Shown: one piece after another, positions 63,788 to 64,000 of the stretch
Position numbering within the stretch: the first letter of the stretch is position 1
Layout: every line of letters starts with the position of its first letter
Origin: Spirochaetota bacterium
GTDB taxonomy: Bacteria; Spirochaetota; Spirochaetia; Treponematales; UBA12059
Assembly (NCBI GenBank): GCA_022703505.1
Contig: JAKLDN010000005.1
Location: 200,717 to 264,716, forward strand
Reading direction: 5' to 3'
Length of the DNA stretch: 64,000 bases
Notes under the pieces: model-generated
Database searches by the model: none
What the model saw: only the letters and a program-made list of their open reading frames with translations
Told to the model about the DNA's origin: nothing
Translations under genes and position numbers: made by a program

Positions 63788-63999
63788 CTCCGCCCTCCCC
63801 GCCGGCCCGGACCCCCCGGCAGGGGCCGCAGGCCACGGCGCAGGTCCAGGAAGGCCAATACCCGTCGCGGCGCGGGGATCCCCGACCGGACTCGGCCGCG
63901 GAAGCCCCGGATCCGGGCCTCCAGGTCCCGGACCTCCTCGGAGTTCGGGGCGGGATCGTGGACCGCCCTCTCCCAGTCCCGGGCGAGCCCTTCCAGGTC
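63784..63999 (-). CDS. C-terminal fragment of a gene that starts beyond the window end
   Basis: Minus-strand frame reads DLEGLARDWERAVHDPAP...RRVLAFLDLRR...RR*, with TGA overlapping the ATG of the TPR gene. Confidence 0.65.
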   Translation of the reverse strand, partial: DLEGLARDWERAVHDPAPNSEEVRDLEARIRGFRGRVRSGIPAPRRVLAFLDLRRGLRPLPGGPGRRGGRR

Positions 64000-64000
64000 T

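Noticed and set aside
63784-64000. Possible frameshift in the terminal partial gene
   Set aside because: Careful re-translation gives one continuous minus-strand frame ending at a TGA that overlaps the next ATG.
1-64000. tRNA, rRNA, CRISPR array, transposase or prophage genes
   Set aside because: None was recognised on manual reading. tRNAscan-SE, Infernal and a CRISPR finder would be needed to exclude them formally.

Overview
High-GC bacterial chromosomal segment, probably from a free-living anaerobic spirochaete. That assignment is an inference from gene content, spirochaete-type lipoboxes and Treponema-like hypothetical proteins. The window is densely coding. I found no rRNA, tRNA, CRISPR array, intact transposase or prophage. 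In order it contains: the end of a sugar ABC operon plus ulaG, converging on ulaD-ulaE-ulaF (L-ascorbate-type catabolism) with satP between them; a TetR plus membrane protein pair; a trimeric NADH-linked [FeFe]-hydrogenase with non-bifurcating signatures; an SDR divergent from a TRAP transporter; envelope/TPR genes; an ArsR-P1B ATPase pair; PAP2, apbE and an MBL hydrolase; an NDH-2/DoxX fusion followed by a polyprenyl synthase; mntP, aroD-aroE and era; a TetR-MMPL-LolA-like-barrel cassette; pth, a GH36 glycosidase and a CBS-PPase; a PII-like plus EIIA-like plus split Mrp antiporter operon; and a ChvE/GguAB sugar transporter with an SBP-HK-RR-SBP sensing module. The most interesting signals are four. 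(1) The NDH-2/DoxX fusion has a predicted extracytoplasmic loop with tandem candidate ApbE flavinylation motifs, in a neighbourhood resembling a compact flavin-based extracellular electron transfer system. (2) A dispersed family of short palindromes is anchored on CTAG/TAG, often a stop codon, and there is also a decayed MITE-like element. (3) PII-like and EIIA-like genes lead a split Mrp operon with altered conserved lysines. (4) The UlaG pathway is linked to an ABC transporter rather than a PTS. All calls were made by eye from motifs; no database searches were run.
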